Below are positions 27,622 to 37,277 of a stretch of 64,000 nucleotides of DNA, one piece after another. The notes beneath the pieces were generated by a model. That model was not told the DNA's origin and searched no databases. It worked only from the letters and a program-made list of their open reading frames with translations. The stretch lies in NCBI RefSeq assembly GCF_028285715.1, contig NZ_JANQOO010000024.1:9539-73538 (forward strand), given 5' to 3'. The position numbers and the translations under genes were made by a program. Source of the stretch: Ulvibacterium sp. (lineage in GTDB: Bacteria; Bacteroidota; Bacteroidia; Flavobacteriales; Flavobacteriaceae). Each line of letters begins with the position of its first letter. The stretch's first letter is position 1.

Positions 27622-28629
27622 ATGGCCCTATTTTCAAAAAAGGATAAGCTTCAAATCATTGCCTTTCAAACCTACGGCACCAATGAACATTTGTACGCCA
27701 GGGGTAGGGCATTGGAAGATGAGCAAATCGATCTTTCCGAAAAAGGTTTTCTTAGCCTGTTAAGGAACACATATAAACGTTTCGAGACGGATGAAATCCG
27801 TAATACTTCAATTACCTTAACCCTTCCTGATCAAAGAACAGTAAGTTGGCAAACCGATAATGAGGGCTATTATCTTATTGACGAGTCTTTTGAAAACTTA
27901 GGAAACCTTACCAATGACGAGGGCTGGTTAAAGTATAGAATTTCATATTCGGACACCAATCTTAAAAGGGAGATATTGCATCAGAACCAGTTTCCCGGAG
28001 AAGTTTTGATACCTTCCCAAGATGCCGATTTTGGTGTTGTCAGCGACATTGACGATACCATTCTTCATACAGGCGTGGTCTCATCTTTAAAGTGGCGGGT
28101 TATATTGAATACCGTTTTTAGGAATGCCGTTCATCGGAAACCTCTCGAAGGTACGGCCGACTTTTACAATCTTTTACACACAGGAGCATCCGGGCAAAAG
28201 GCGAACCCCATTTTTTACGTGAGCCATAGTCCATGGAATTTATATAGGTATCTGGAATTGTTCCTGAGGACCAACAATTTTCCTAAGGGCCCCATAATTT
28301 TACGAAGGATGTCCAGTTTTAACCTCAATAAATCCAAAGCCGGCAAGCCCCAAAAGCAAAAAGAGATTGCAAATATTCTTGAAACCTACCCAAATCTTCC
28401 TTTCATTCTCATTGGGGACAGTGGTGAACGCGATGCCGATATCTATATTAATATTGCTAAACGTTATCCGAACCGAATAGCTGCCATTTACCTTCAGAGC
28501 GTTCCGGATAGAAAACGAATGCTACGGGTTAATGAGCTACTCGAAAAATTCAGGGCTACACCAACCTTAGTGGTCCGCAAAAGTGAAGAGGCCATAACGC
28601 ATGCGCGTAAGAACGGATTTATCCAGTAG
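27622..28629 (+). CDS. App1-family phosphatidate phosphatase-like protein (DUF2183)
   Basis: HAD-type DxDxT motif (VSDIDDTILHTG) and GDSGERD late motif. ATG 27622 preferred over TTG 27589. Confidence 0.65.
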   Translation: MALFSKKDKLQIIAFQTYGTNEHLYARGRALEDEQIDLSEKGFLSLLRNTYKRFETDEIRNTSITLTLPDQRTVSWQTDNEGYYLIDESFENLGNLTNDEGWLKYRISYSDTNLKREILHQNQFPGEVLIPSQDADFGVVSDIDDTILHTGVVSSLKWRVILNTVFRNAVHRKPLEGTADFYNLLHTGASGQKANPIFYVSHSPWNLYRYLELFLRTNNFPKGPIILRRMSSFNLNKSKAGKPQKQKEIANILETYPNLPFILIGDSGERDADIYINIAKRYPNRIAAIYLQSVPDRKRMLRVNELLEKFRATPTLVVRKSEEAITHARKNGFIQ

Positions 28630-28635
28630 TCAATT

Positions 28636-29250
28636 CTAGAACAGTCCGTTGATTTCCGCATCTATTTTATGGATGACCTGTCCCAAATCCTCTGGCTTAT
28701 CCACAAAATTAAGCTGGTCTACATTGATAATAAGCAAATTTCCTTTCTCATAGCCATGAATCCAGGCTTCATATCTTTCGTTGAGTCGGCTGAGATAGTC
28801 AATGGAGATGGAATTCTCATATTCCCGTCCCCGTTTATGTATCTGTTCCACCAAATTTGGAATGGAACTACGCAGATAAATAAGAAGTTCAGGGGGTTGT
28901 ACTAGGCTTTCCATCAACTCGAAAAGACTCTGGTAGTTCGTGAAATCGCGATTGGTCATTAGTCCCATCGCGTGAAGGTTAGGTGCAAAGATGTAAGCAT
29001 CCTCATAAATGGTACGGTCCTGGATTACTTTTTTGCCACTTTCCCTGATTTTTAAAATTTGCCTATACCGGTGGTTTAAAAAGTAGATTTGGAGATTGAA
29101 GCTCCACCGTTCCATTTGAGTATAAAAATCGTCCAGATAAGGATTGTCTACGACATCTTCAAAATGAGCTTCCCACTTGTAGTGTTTAGCCAATAATTTA
29201 GTTAAGGTAGTCTTTCCGGCACCTATGTTTCCTGCTACGGCTATGTGCAT
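28636..29250 (-). CDS. deoxynucleoside kinase
   Basis: P-loop GNIGAGKTT, DR(S/T)IYED motif (QDRTIYEDAYIF), 204 aa. Typical dNK/dGK fold. Confidence 0.85.
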   Translation of the reverse strand: MHIAVAGNIGAGKTTLTKLLAKHYKWEAHFEDVVDNPYLDDFYTQMERWSFNLQIYFLNHRYRQILKIRESGKKVIQDRTIYEDAYIFAPNLHAMGLMTNRDFTNYQSLFELMESLVQPPELLIYLRSSIPNLVEQIHKRGREYENSISIDYLSRLNERYEAWIHGYEKGNLLIINVDQLNFVDKPEDLGQVIHKIDAEINGLF

Positions 29251-29624
29251 TTAGATTGCGATTTCGATTAGGCTTTTTAAAAGGTAATGCCTCACAATAT
29301 ACAAAGTATAAAAGGTTTGCAAAAGAAATCATTGTTGAAATGCCCAATGAAATAAGTAATCCGTCGAGTAGTATTCTTCCATTGGAAGCTTCTCGTTTGC
29401 AGTTCAACGTTTTTTTTTACAATTCCCTGATCTATTGTTAATCGGACAAAACAATTTTGCTATTTTCGCCTTCGCAAACAACAGAGGAAAGATTTGACTG
29501 ATTGCAACCTCCAAATCCCAAACAAGTTTAGGGATAAAAATGCTAAAACAGGAAATGTCTTCTTTTAGGCACCTAGTTTCTGGTTAGGTTACAATCTCTC
29601 CTCCTCTGACTTAATATAATACAC

Positions 29625-30881
29625 ATGTCATATTTATTTACTTCAGAATCCGTTAGTGAAGGCCATCCCGATAAGATTGCTGATCAAATCAGTGATGCAT
29701 TGTTGGACAATTTTTTAGCTTTTGACCCAGAAAGCAAAGTAGCTTGTGAAACATTGGTCACTACAGGCCAAGTAGTTTTGGCAGGGGAGGTTAAAAGTCA
29801 TACCTATTTGGATGTGCAGAACATTGCGCGTGAGGTAATCAATACAATTGGCTATACAAAAGGGGAATACCAATTCAGCGGGGATTCATGTGGTGTTATT
29901 TCCCTTATCCATGAACAATCGCAGGATATTAATCAAGGGGTGGATAGAGAGACAAAAGAGGAGCAGGGTGCCGGAGATCAAGGGATGATGTTTGGTTATG
30001 CCACTAAGGAAACGGAAAATTACATGCCCCTGGCCTTGGATATTTCGCATAAAATACTTCAGGTTCTGGCCGATTTTCGGAGAGAAAATACTGAAATAAC
30101 ATATTTGCGTCCTGATGCAAAGGCACAGGTGACCATAGAATATTCAGATGAAAATGTACCACAACGTATAGATACCATTGTTGTTTCCACCCAACATGAT
30201 GCCTTTGATACCGATGACGATAAGATGTTGGCAAAAATAAAAGATGATATTATTCAAATTGTATTGCCCAAAGTAATCGAACAATTGCCAAAAGAAATAC
30301 AGGCTTTATTCGATGAACAGATACAATATCACATTAACCCTACTGGAAAATTTGTAATTGGAGGACCACATGGAGACACCGGTCTAACTGGAAGAAAGAT
30401 AATTGTGGATACTTACGGTGGAAAAGGAGCCCATGGAGGTGGTGCATTTAGTGGGAAGGATCCCAGCAAGGTAGATCGGAGTGCGGCTTATGCCTCTAGG
30501 CATGCTGCAAAAAATTTGGTTGCGGCCGGTGTGGCCGATGAAATTTTGGTTCAAGTAAGCTATGCCATTGGCGTAGTGGAACCTACTTCGATATTCGTGG
30601 ATACCTTTGGTACTGCCAATGTTGATCTCACGGATGGCGAAATCGCTGAAAAAGTTTCTCAATTGTTCGATATGCGTCCTTTTGCCATAGAAGACCGCTT
30701 AAAACTAAGGAACCCGATTTATCTGGAATCTGCTGCCTACGGACATATGGGAAAACAACCCAAAACTGTGACCAAAGTCTTTGAATCGCCTTATAATGGC
30801 AGGATAGAAAAGGAGGTGGAACTCTTTACATGGGAAAAGCTGGATAGCATTGAGCAAATAAAATCAGCTTTCAGTTTGTAA
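29625..30881 (+). CDS. metK: S-adenosylmethionine synthetase
   Basis: [27 protein letters not shown] and GGGAFSGKD motifs. 418 aa. Confidence 0.97.
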   Translation: MSYLFTSESVSEGHPDKIADQISDALLDNFLAFDPESKVACETLVTTGQVVLAGEVKSHTYLDVQNIAREVINTIGYTKGEYQFSGDSCGVISLIHEQSQDINQGVDRETKEEQGAGDQGMMFGYATKETENYMPLALDISHKILQVLADFRRENTEITYLRPDAKAQVTIEYSDENVPQRIDTIVVSTQHDAFDTDDDKMLAKIKDDIIQIVLPKVIEQLPKEIQALFDEQIQYHINPTGKFVIGGPHGDTGLTGRKIIVDTYGGKGAHGGGAFSGKDPSKVDRSAAYASRHAAKNLVAAGVADEILVQVSYAIGVVEPTSIFVDTFGTANVDLTDGEIAEKVSQLFDMRPFAIEDRLKLRNPIYLESAAYGHMGKQPKTVTKVFESPYNGRIEKEVELFTWEKLDSIEQIKSAFSL

Positions 30882-30920
30882 TTTTTAATTAATTATTAGG
30901 ATAATCCAAACGTCCCTCCT

Positions 30921-30928
30921 TATATTTG
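30921..30928 (+). promoter_or_regulatory. Bacteroidota-type -7 promoter box (TATATTTG) ahead of SAM-I riboswitch 1
   Basis: Exact TAnnTTTG match ~30 nt upstream of the riboswitch P1 stem. Confidence 0.4.
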
Positions 30929-30957
30929 TGTCTCAAAGTTCAAACACGTATTGAAAA

Positions 30958-31089
30958 GTTATCAAGAAAGGTGGAGGGAATAGACCCTTTGAAGCCTTAG
31001 CAACCCTTTGTTCCCCGATTGCTAAATCCCAACAAAGAAGGTGCTAAATTCTACCTGTGCAGAACCCGTTCGGCATCTTGGCAGATAAC
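30958..31089 (+). promoter_or_regulatory. SAM-I (S-box) riboswitch upstream of metY
   Basis: Conserved S-box core read directly: GTTATCAAGAAAGGTGGAGGGAATAGACCCTTTGAAGCC..GCAACCCTTTG...CAAAGAAGGTGCTAAATTCTACC...GGCAGATAAC. P1 pairs GTTATC with GATAAC. Confidence 0.9.
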
Positions 31090-31139
31090 TCGAACAATTA
31101 CTTCCGTAATTTTCTTTCTTCTTAACTCTTTGATTGTAT

Positions 31140-31167
31140 CCGATTGCAAAATTGGCAATGGATTTTC
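31140..31167 (+). terminator. putative expression-platform terminator of SAM-I riboswitch 1
   Basis: CCGATTGC...GCAATGG stem (one bulge) followed by ATTTTCG, 45 nt before metY ATG. Confidence 0.4.
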
Positions 31168-31211
31168 GTGTTGTAATTTGTCCTAATTAATAACTTAAAA
31201 AAATTAGAATC

Positions 31212-32486
31212 ATGAGCGATCAAAAGTTTTCTACCAATGCCTTACATGCCGGACACGACACAACTATCAATGGAGGTACAAGAGCTGTTCCCATTTATCA
31301 GAGTACGGCCTATGTATTCAACGATTCCGACCATGCGGCAAATCTTTTTGGCTTAGCTGAATTTGGTAACATTTACACCCGGATAAACAATCCTACCAAT
31401 GATATTTTGGAGCAACGCCTTGCGGCCTTGGAAGGTGGAGTTGCCGGTCTGGTGACAGCCTCTGGCACAGCAGCTGTAGCCAATACGCTTTTGGTATTGT
31501 TGAAAACTGGGGATCATATTGTGGCTTCCAATAGTTTATATGGAGGTACCTATAATCTTTTAAGTGTAACCCTGCCCCGATTGGGAATAACGACTACCTT
31601 TGTCGATCCTTCCGATCCGACCAACTTTGGAAAAGCGGTACAGGACAATACAAGGGCCATTTTTGTAGAATCACTGGGCAACCCCAAGTTGGACGTATTA
31701 GACTTAAAGGCAATTTCTGCTGAGGCAAAAAAGGCCCAAATTCCCTTTATTGTGGACAATACCGTGGCTACTCCGGCATTATTGAAACCCATTGAACATG
31801 GCGCAAATATTGTAATCCATTCGCTGACGAAATACATAAACGGAAATGGAACGGCCTTGGGCGGGGCTATCATCGATGCCGGGACATTTGACTGGGCCAA
31901 TGGTAAGTTCCCGGAGTTTACGGAACCTTCGCCGGGATATCATGGCTTAGTTTATCATGAAGCCGTAGGCCCTATAGCATTTATTATTAAGGCGCGGATA
32001 GAAGGGCTGCGAGACTATGGAGGGGCCTTGAGTCCGTTTAACGCATTTCAGATACTGCAAGGATTGGAAACACTGACCGTACGGATGAAACAACATAGTG
32101 AAAATGCACTGGCCTTGGCCCAATGGTTAGAGGACAGGGAGGAAGTAAGTTGGGTAAACTATCCCGGACTTAAATCAAGCAAATATCATTCCCTGGCAGC
32201 GGATTACCTACCTAACGGCCAAAGTGGTATAGTGACATTCGGCGTAAAAGGTGGGTTCGAATCGGCCAAAAAAGTTGTGGATGCCACAAAAATATTTTCG
32301 CTCTTGGCCAATATTGGAGATACCAAATCGCTAGTTATCCATCCGGCCAGTACAACACATCAACAATTGGATGATGCTGAACAGGAATCTACCGGAGTAA
32401 CCAAGGATTTGATACGGTTATCCGTTGGATTGGAGGATTTGGAGGACTTAAAAGCGGATTTGGAACAGGCCTTTGCGACTATTTAG
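31212..32486 (+). CDS. metY: O-acetylhomoserine aminocarboxypropyltransferase (sulfhydrylase)
   Basis: Cys/Met-metabolism PLP family with PLP-lysine motif HSLTKYINGNG. 424-aa length is typical of OAH sulfhydrylase. It follows a SAM riboswitch. Confidence 0.85.
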   Translation: MSDQKFSTNALHAGHDTTINGGTRAVPIYQSTAYVFNDSDHAANLFGLAEFGNIYTRINNPTNDILEQRLAALEGGVAGLVTASGTAAVANTLLVLLKTGDHIVASNSLYGGTYNLLSVTLPRLGITTTFVDPSDPTNFGKAVQDNTRAIFVESLGNPKLDVLDLKAISAEAKKAQIPFIVDNTVATPALLKPIEHGANIVIHSLTKYINGNGTALGGAIIDAGTFDWANGKFPEFTEPSPGYHGLVYHEAVGPIAFIIKARIEGLRDYGGALSPFNAFQILQGLETLTVRMKQHSENALALAQWLEDREEVSWVNYPGLKSSKYHSLAADYLPNGQSGIVTFGVKGGFESAKKVVDATKIFSLLANIGDTKSLVIHPASTTHQQLDDAEQESTGVTKDLIRLSVGLEDLEDLKADLEQAFATI

Positions 32487-32607
32487 CTTAGAGTACGAAA
32501 GAGTTGAAGCCCTTCCCCTAAAATTGGGGAAGGTGCTCCAATGTAATGTGAAGAATGCCCCAAGAATTTAAAATAAAGATCCAAAAAATAATTACCCAGG
32601 CTCTCCC

Positions 32608-35600
32608 ATGCTAAAGCATCTAAAGTTAAATACGTTCACTACCCTTAGTGGTGTTTCCCAGGATATCCAGTTGTCCTATCAGTTATTTGGAAAACCATTA
32701 CATAGTGCACCTATTGTGTTGGTCAACCATGCATTAACGGGAAATTCCAATGTAACAGGTGACAACGGTTGGTGGTCCGCCCTTATCGGCGAAGGGAAGT
32801 GTATTGATACGCTTAACTATACCATACTTTCATTCAATATCCCAGGGAATGGGTATGATGGATTTGTAATAGACAATTATAAGGATTTCGTGGCCGGGGA
32901 TGTTGCCCGAATGTTTCTGTTGGGCTTGGAACAGCTCAAGATAAAAAAATTGTTTGCTATTATTGGCGGCTCACTGGGTGGCGGTATCGCCTGGGAAATG
33001 GCTGCGATAGATCCGGCAATTACTACACATTTGATTCCCGTCGCCTCCGATTGGAAATCAACCGATTGGTTAATTGCCAATTGCCAAATACAGGAACAAT
33101 TTTTGGTGAACTCCAAACAGCCGGTACACGACGCCCGAATGCATGCTATGCTTTGTTACCGTACCCCGGAATCCTTCAAGGTGCGGTTTCAAAGGAGTAC
33201 TAATGAGGAGCTTCAGGTTTTTAATGTGGAAAGTTGGCTGATGCACCATGGAAAGAAGTTACAGGAACGGTTTCAATTATCGGCCTATAAATTGATGAAC
33301 CAGTTACTGAAGACCATAGACATCACCCGCGGGGATGACAAGGCTTTTAAAGAATTGGAGAACAGCGAGACCAATATCCATATCATCGGAGTGGATTCTG
33401 ATTTATTCTTTACGGCTAAAGAGAATAAGGAAACGTTTAAGCGCTTGGCACAGGCCAATAGTAATGTCACCTATGGGGAGGTACAATCCCTTCATGGGCA
33501 CGATGCCTTTTTAATAGAGTTTGAGCAAATGCAAAAATTGCTCAACGGAATCTTTAGCAAGAACGGAAAATCAAAAAAAATCAAAATCCTAAAGTTTGGA
33601 GGTAAGTCGCTTAGCAATGGTGAAGGTTTGGGGCGTGTGTTGGAAATTATCACTACCAAAGTAAAGGCTGGTGATAACGTTGCCGTTGTACTTTCAGCAA
33701 GGGAAAAAGCTACGGATCAACTTGAGACTATTTTGGAGAAGGCAGCCGCCAATACCGATTATCAGGAAGATTTTGAAGCTTTTGAAAGGTACCAGAAACA
33801 CACTTTTGCGAATGTAAACCTGTCTACGGAATTTAAGGAATTGGCCAAGTTATTCGAAGGAGTTTCGCTTCTTGGGGATTACAGTGCCAAAATTAAGGAT
33901 GAAGTATTGGCCTATGGGGAATTGATTTCGGCCAAATTGATAACCAAACTACTTATCGGTAAGGGAGTGGCAGCACAGCTGCTAGATTCCAGAACCCTGA
34001 TTAAGACTGATGATACCTTTGGTGATGCCAAACTTTTGGAAGATGTTTCAAGGGAAAACGTGCTTCTTCGGTTTTCGGAATTGAATAGGGACAATGTGCC
34101 CGTTATTACGGGATTTATCGCTTCAACGGTTGATGGGGAAACCACAACATTAGGAAGAAACGGAAGCAATTATACGGCGGCTTTGCTGGCCAATTTTTTG
34201 GACGCGGAAGAACTTCAAAATTACACACATGTTGATGGAATTTTTACCGCCAATCCAGATTTGGTCCCAGAAGCTAGGCGTATAGCCAATCTTTCCTATT
34301 CGGAGGCCAATGAATTGGCCAATTTTGGAGCTACCATTTTGCACGCCAAAACTATTATCCCCTTAATTGAAAAAAATATTCCGTTACGCATACTCAATAC
34401 ATACAAGGATGATAACGAGGGCACATTGATCAGTGCCCTATCCAGCAAGGAGGGAATTAAGTCGCTTTCGGTGATAGAGGATGTTTCACTTATCAATTTG
34501 GAAGGTAGGGGCCTTTTGGGAAAAATTGGAATAGACGCCCGTATCTTCAAAACTTTGGAACAACACAATGTCAACGTAAGTATTATTTCCCAAGGATCTT
34601 CGGAGAGGGGAATTGGCCTGGTAGTCAAAAGAAATAAGGCACAAAAGGCAAAAAAAGCCTTGGATGAGGAATTTAAAAGTGATTACAAGTCAAAGGATAT
34701 TAATACGATAACCGTTGTAGATGATGTTTCCGTGGTATCCATAGTGGGTCAGGATTTGAGCACATTCCACAAACCATATAACGCACTGATAAAAAACCAA
34801 ATTGTCCCACTTCTTTTTAACAACACCATTTCCGGAAAGAATGTAAGTCTGGTGGTAAAAAAATCGGACTTAAACAAGGCATTGAACGTAATGCATGGTC
34901 AGGTTTTTGGCATCAGTAAAAAGGTTAATCTGGCCATTTTTGGGCATGGCAATGTTGGAGGAACATTGATAGACCAGATTTTAGAATCCGCAAAGAACAT
35001 CGAAAAACGAAAAGGAATTGATTTAAAGGTATTCGCCGTAGCCAATTCCCGAAAAATTCTGCTGAACAAAAAAGGAGTTCCAAAAAGTTGGAAAACAGCC
35101 ATAAAGGAGAAGGGTAAGAAATACGTGTTGTCGGATGTTTTTGAATTCGCCAAAAAAAATCATTTGGAAAACTTAATTACGGTAGACAATACGGCAAGTG
35201 AGGAATTTGTAGCGAATTATTTTGATTTTGTGGACAATGGGTTTGACTTGGTTTCATCCAACAAAATAGCGAACACCCTGGGATTTGATTATTATCAATT
35301 ATTGCGCGAGGAATTGGCCAAAAACCAAAAACAGTATCTATACGAGACTAATGTAGGAGCAGGTCTTCCACTTATCGATACCATAAAATTGTTGCACCTA
35401 TCCGGAGAAAACATTACTCGGATAAAAGGAGTTTTTTCAGGCTCGTTGAGTTACATTTTTAACACGCTTTCGGATGTTGAGGCTCCCTTTTCCAACATCC
35501 TTAAGGACGCTATTCGAAAGGGATTTACCGAGCCTGATCCTCGTGAGGACCTTTCCGGAAACGATGTTGGAAGAAAACTTCTGATTTTGGCGCGGGAACT

Positions 35601-35994
35601 GGAATTAAGTAATGAATTCTCGGATATTAAAATCCAAAATCTAATCCCGGAGATATTACAAAAAGGGACAGTGGAGGAGTTCCTGAAGCATTTGGATGTC
35701 TTGGACGATAAATTCAATGAGATCAAGAAAAATCAGAAAAAGGGCCACGTACTCCGTTATGTAGGGGATCTTCATGGAGACCTGCAGAAGGAAAAAGGTA
35801 TCTTGGATGTAAAACTGATTTCTGTTTCCAAGGAGAGCGCACTGGGCCAAGTAAAAGGTTCCGATTCCATAATTGAGATTTATACGGAGTCCTACGGCAA
35901 ACACCCATTGGTAATTCAAGGCGCCGGAGCTGGAGCCGCGGTTACCGCCCGAGGTGTTTTTGGCGATATTTTACGTATTGCCGAAAAGGGATAG
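32608..35994 (+). CDS. trifunctional fusion: homoserine O-acetyltransferase (MetX) + aspartokinase + homoserine dehydrogenase
   Basis: One uninterrupted 1128-aa ORF. Residues ~1-320 are the MetX alpha/beta hydrolase (GGSLGGG nucleophile elbow, HGHDAFL). From KILKFGGKSL onward are the aspartokinase and ACT regions. Then the HSDH domain (FGHGNVGG NAD site, C-terminal GAGAGAAVTARGVFGDILR). Confidence 0.85.
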   Translation: MLKHLKLNTFTTLSGVSQDIQLSYQLFGKPLHSAPIVLVNHALTGNSNVTGDNGWWSALIGEGKCIDTLNYTILSFNIPGNGYDGFVIDNYKDFVAGDVARMFLLGLEQLKIKKLFAIIGGSLGGGIAWEMAAIDPAITTHLIPVASDWKSTDWLIANCQIQEQFLVNSKQPVHDARMHAMLCYRTPESFKVRFQRSTNEELQVFNVESWLMHHGKKLQERFQLSAYKLMNQLLKTIDITRGDDKAFKELENSETNIHIIGVDSDLFFTAKENKETFKRLAQANSNVTYGEVQSLHGHDAFLIEFEQMQKLLNGIFSKNGKSKKIKILKFGGKSLSNGEGLGRVLEIITTKVKAGDNVAVVLSAREKATDQLETILEKAAANTDYQEDFEAFERYQKHTFANVNLSTEFKELAKLFEGVSLLGDYSAKIKDEVLAYGELISAKLITKLLIGKGVAAQLLDSRTLIKTDDTFGDAKLLEDVSRENVLLRFSELNRDNVPVITGFIASTVDGETTTLGRNGSNYTAALLANFLDAEELQNYTHVDGIFTANPDLVPEARRIANLSYSEANELANFGATILHAKTIIPLIEKNIPLRILNTYKDDNEGTLISALSSKEGIKSLSVIEDVSLINLEGRGLLGKIGIDARIFKTLEQHNVNVSIISQGSSERGIGLVVKRNKAQKAKKALDEEFKSDYKSKDINTITVVDDVSVVSIVGQDLSTFHKPYNALIKNQIVPLLFNNTISGKNVSLVVKKSDLNKALNVMHGQVFGISKKVNLAIFGHGNVGGTLIDQILESAKNIEKRKGIDLKVFAVANSRKILLNKKGVPKSWKTAIKEKGKKYVLSDVFEFAKKNHLENLITVDNTASEEFVANYFDFVDNGFDLVSSNKIANTLGFDYYQLLREELAKNQKQYLYETNVGAGLPLIDTIKLLHLSGENITRIKGVFSGSLSYIFNTLSDVEAPFSNILKDAIRKGFTEPDPREDLSGNDVGRKLLILARELELSNEFSDIKIQNLIPEILQKGTVEEFLKHLDVLDDKFNEIKKNQKKGHVLRYVGDLHGDLQKEKGILDVKLISVSKESALGQVKGSDSIIEIYTESYGKHPLVIQGAGAGAAVTARGVFGDILRIAEKG

Positions 35995-36027
35995 GTTACC
36001 ATGAACAAATGAACGAGAGTCGTTAAA

Positions 36028-37194
36028 ATGATGAAGAAAAAATTTGAGACCAATGCTATTCGCACACAAGTTGCGCGTTCGCAATTTCTAGAACATTCCA
36101 ATCCAATATACTTGACTTCGAGCTTCGTTTTCGAGGATGCAGAGGATATGAGAGCTTCCTTTGCGGAGGAAAAGGATAGGAACATATATTCTCGGTATTC
36201 CAACCCCAATTCTTCGGAGTTTATTGACAAGGTTTGTGGAATGGAAGGGGCAGAAGACGGTTTTGCATTTGCCTCGGGTATGGCGGCTGTCTTTTCTACC
36301 TTTGCCGCTTTGCTGGATAGTGGGGACCACATCCTTTCGGCACGGAGTATTTTTGGATCTACCCATTCCTTATTCACCAATTTTTTTCCAAGGTGGAATA
36401 TTGACCATAGTTATTTTAAATTTGATGCGCTGGATCAAGTCGAAAAATTGATTACCCCCAAGACTAAATTGATTTACGCTGAATCACCGACAAACCCCGG
36501 GGTAGACATTTTGGATTTGGAAGCCCTAGGCATCATAGCCAAAAAACACAACCTCATTTTTGTTGTGGACAACTGTTTTGCCACACCCTATCTGCAGCGT
36601 CCTATTCAATTTGGAGCGGATTTGGTGATTCATTCAGGCACTAAACTTATGGATGGCCAAGGAAGGGTCATGGCTGGGATAACGGTTGGGAAAAAAGAGC
36701 TTGTGGATAATATTTATCAATTCTCAAGAATAACCGGTCCGGCCCTTTCCCCTTTCAATGCATGGGTATTGTCCAAAAGTTTGGAAACTTTGGCTGTAAG
36801 GGTAGACCGGCATTGCTCCAATGCATTGCGACTGGCAGAGTTTTTGGAAGGACATGAAAAAGTGAATTGGGTAAAATATCCTTTCCTAAAATCGCATCCC
36901 AACCATGAACTGGCAAAAAAGCAAATGAGCGCTGGGGGCTGTGTCGTTGCGTTTGAAGTAAAGGGGGGGCTAAAGGAGGGACAAAGATTTTTCGATGCTA
37001 TCCAATTACTTTCCTTGTCGGCAAATCTAGGGGATTCAAGAAGTATAGTGACCCACCCAGCTTCCACCACCCATAGCAAGCTCTCCAGTGAAGAACGATT
37101 GGAAACGGGCATTACGGATGGTACGGTACGGATATCCGTGGGATTGGAGCATATAGATGATATCATTTCCGATATCGGCCAGGCATTGGGGTAA
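36028..37194 (+). CDS. Cys/Met-metabolism PLP enzyme (cystathionine gamma-synthase / O-acylhomoserine sulfhydrylase family, MetB/MetZ-like)
   Basis: 388 aa. PLP-lysine motif HSGTKLMDGQG. C-terminal HPASTTHS motif shared with the trans-sulfuration family. Confidence 0.8.
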   Translation: MMKKKFETNAIRTQVARSQFLEHSNPIYLTSSFVFEDAEDMRASFAEEKDRNIYSRYSNPNSSEFIDKVCGMEGAEDGFAFASGMAAVFSTFAALLDSGDHILSARSIFGSTHSLFTNFFPRWNIDHSYFKFDALDQVEKLITPKTKLIYAESPTNPGVDILDLEALGIIAKKHNLIFVVDNCFATPYLQRPIQFGADLVIHSGTKLMDGQGRVMAGITVGKKELVDNIYQFSRITGPALSPFNAWVLSKSLETLAVRVDRHCSNALRLAEFLEGHEKVNWVKYPFLKSHPNHELAKKQMSAGGCVVAFEVKGGLKEGQRFFDAIQLLSLSANLGDSRSIVTHPASTTHSKLSSEERLETGITDGTVRISVGLEHIDDIISDIGQALG

Positions 37195-37277
37195 TCCGGC
37201 AACTGTCGTTTTCTCCCTTGGGCTTGCCCCATTAGGCTAGGGAATCCCGAAATGTTAAATTTCCCTATCTTCGTACT

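Noticed and set aside
29394-29419. CGTT...AACG mini-hairpin followed by nine T residues in the dNK/metK intergenic region
   Set aside because: Only a 4-bp stem and no upstream plus-strand gene to terminate. More likely an AT-rich promoter-region tract than an orphan terminator or sRNA end.
35916-37232. Minus-strand ORFs 35916-36380 and 36717-37232 across the MetB-like gene
   Set aside because: Antisense shadow ORFs. The plus-strand frame carries the PLP-lysine and family motifs.
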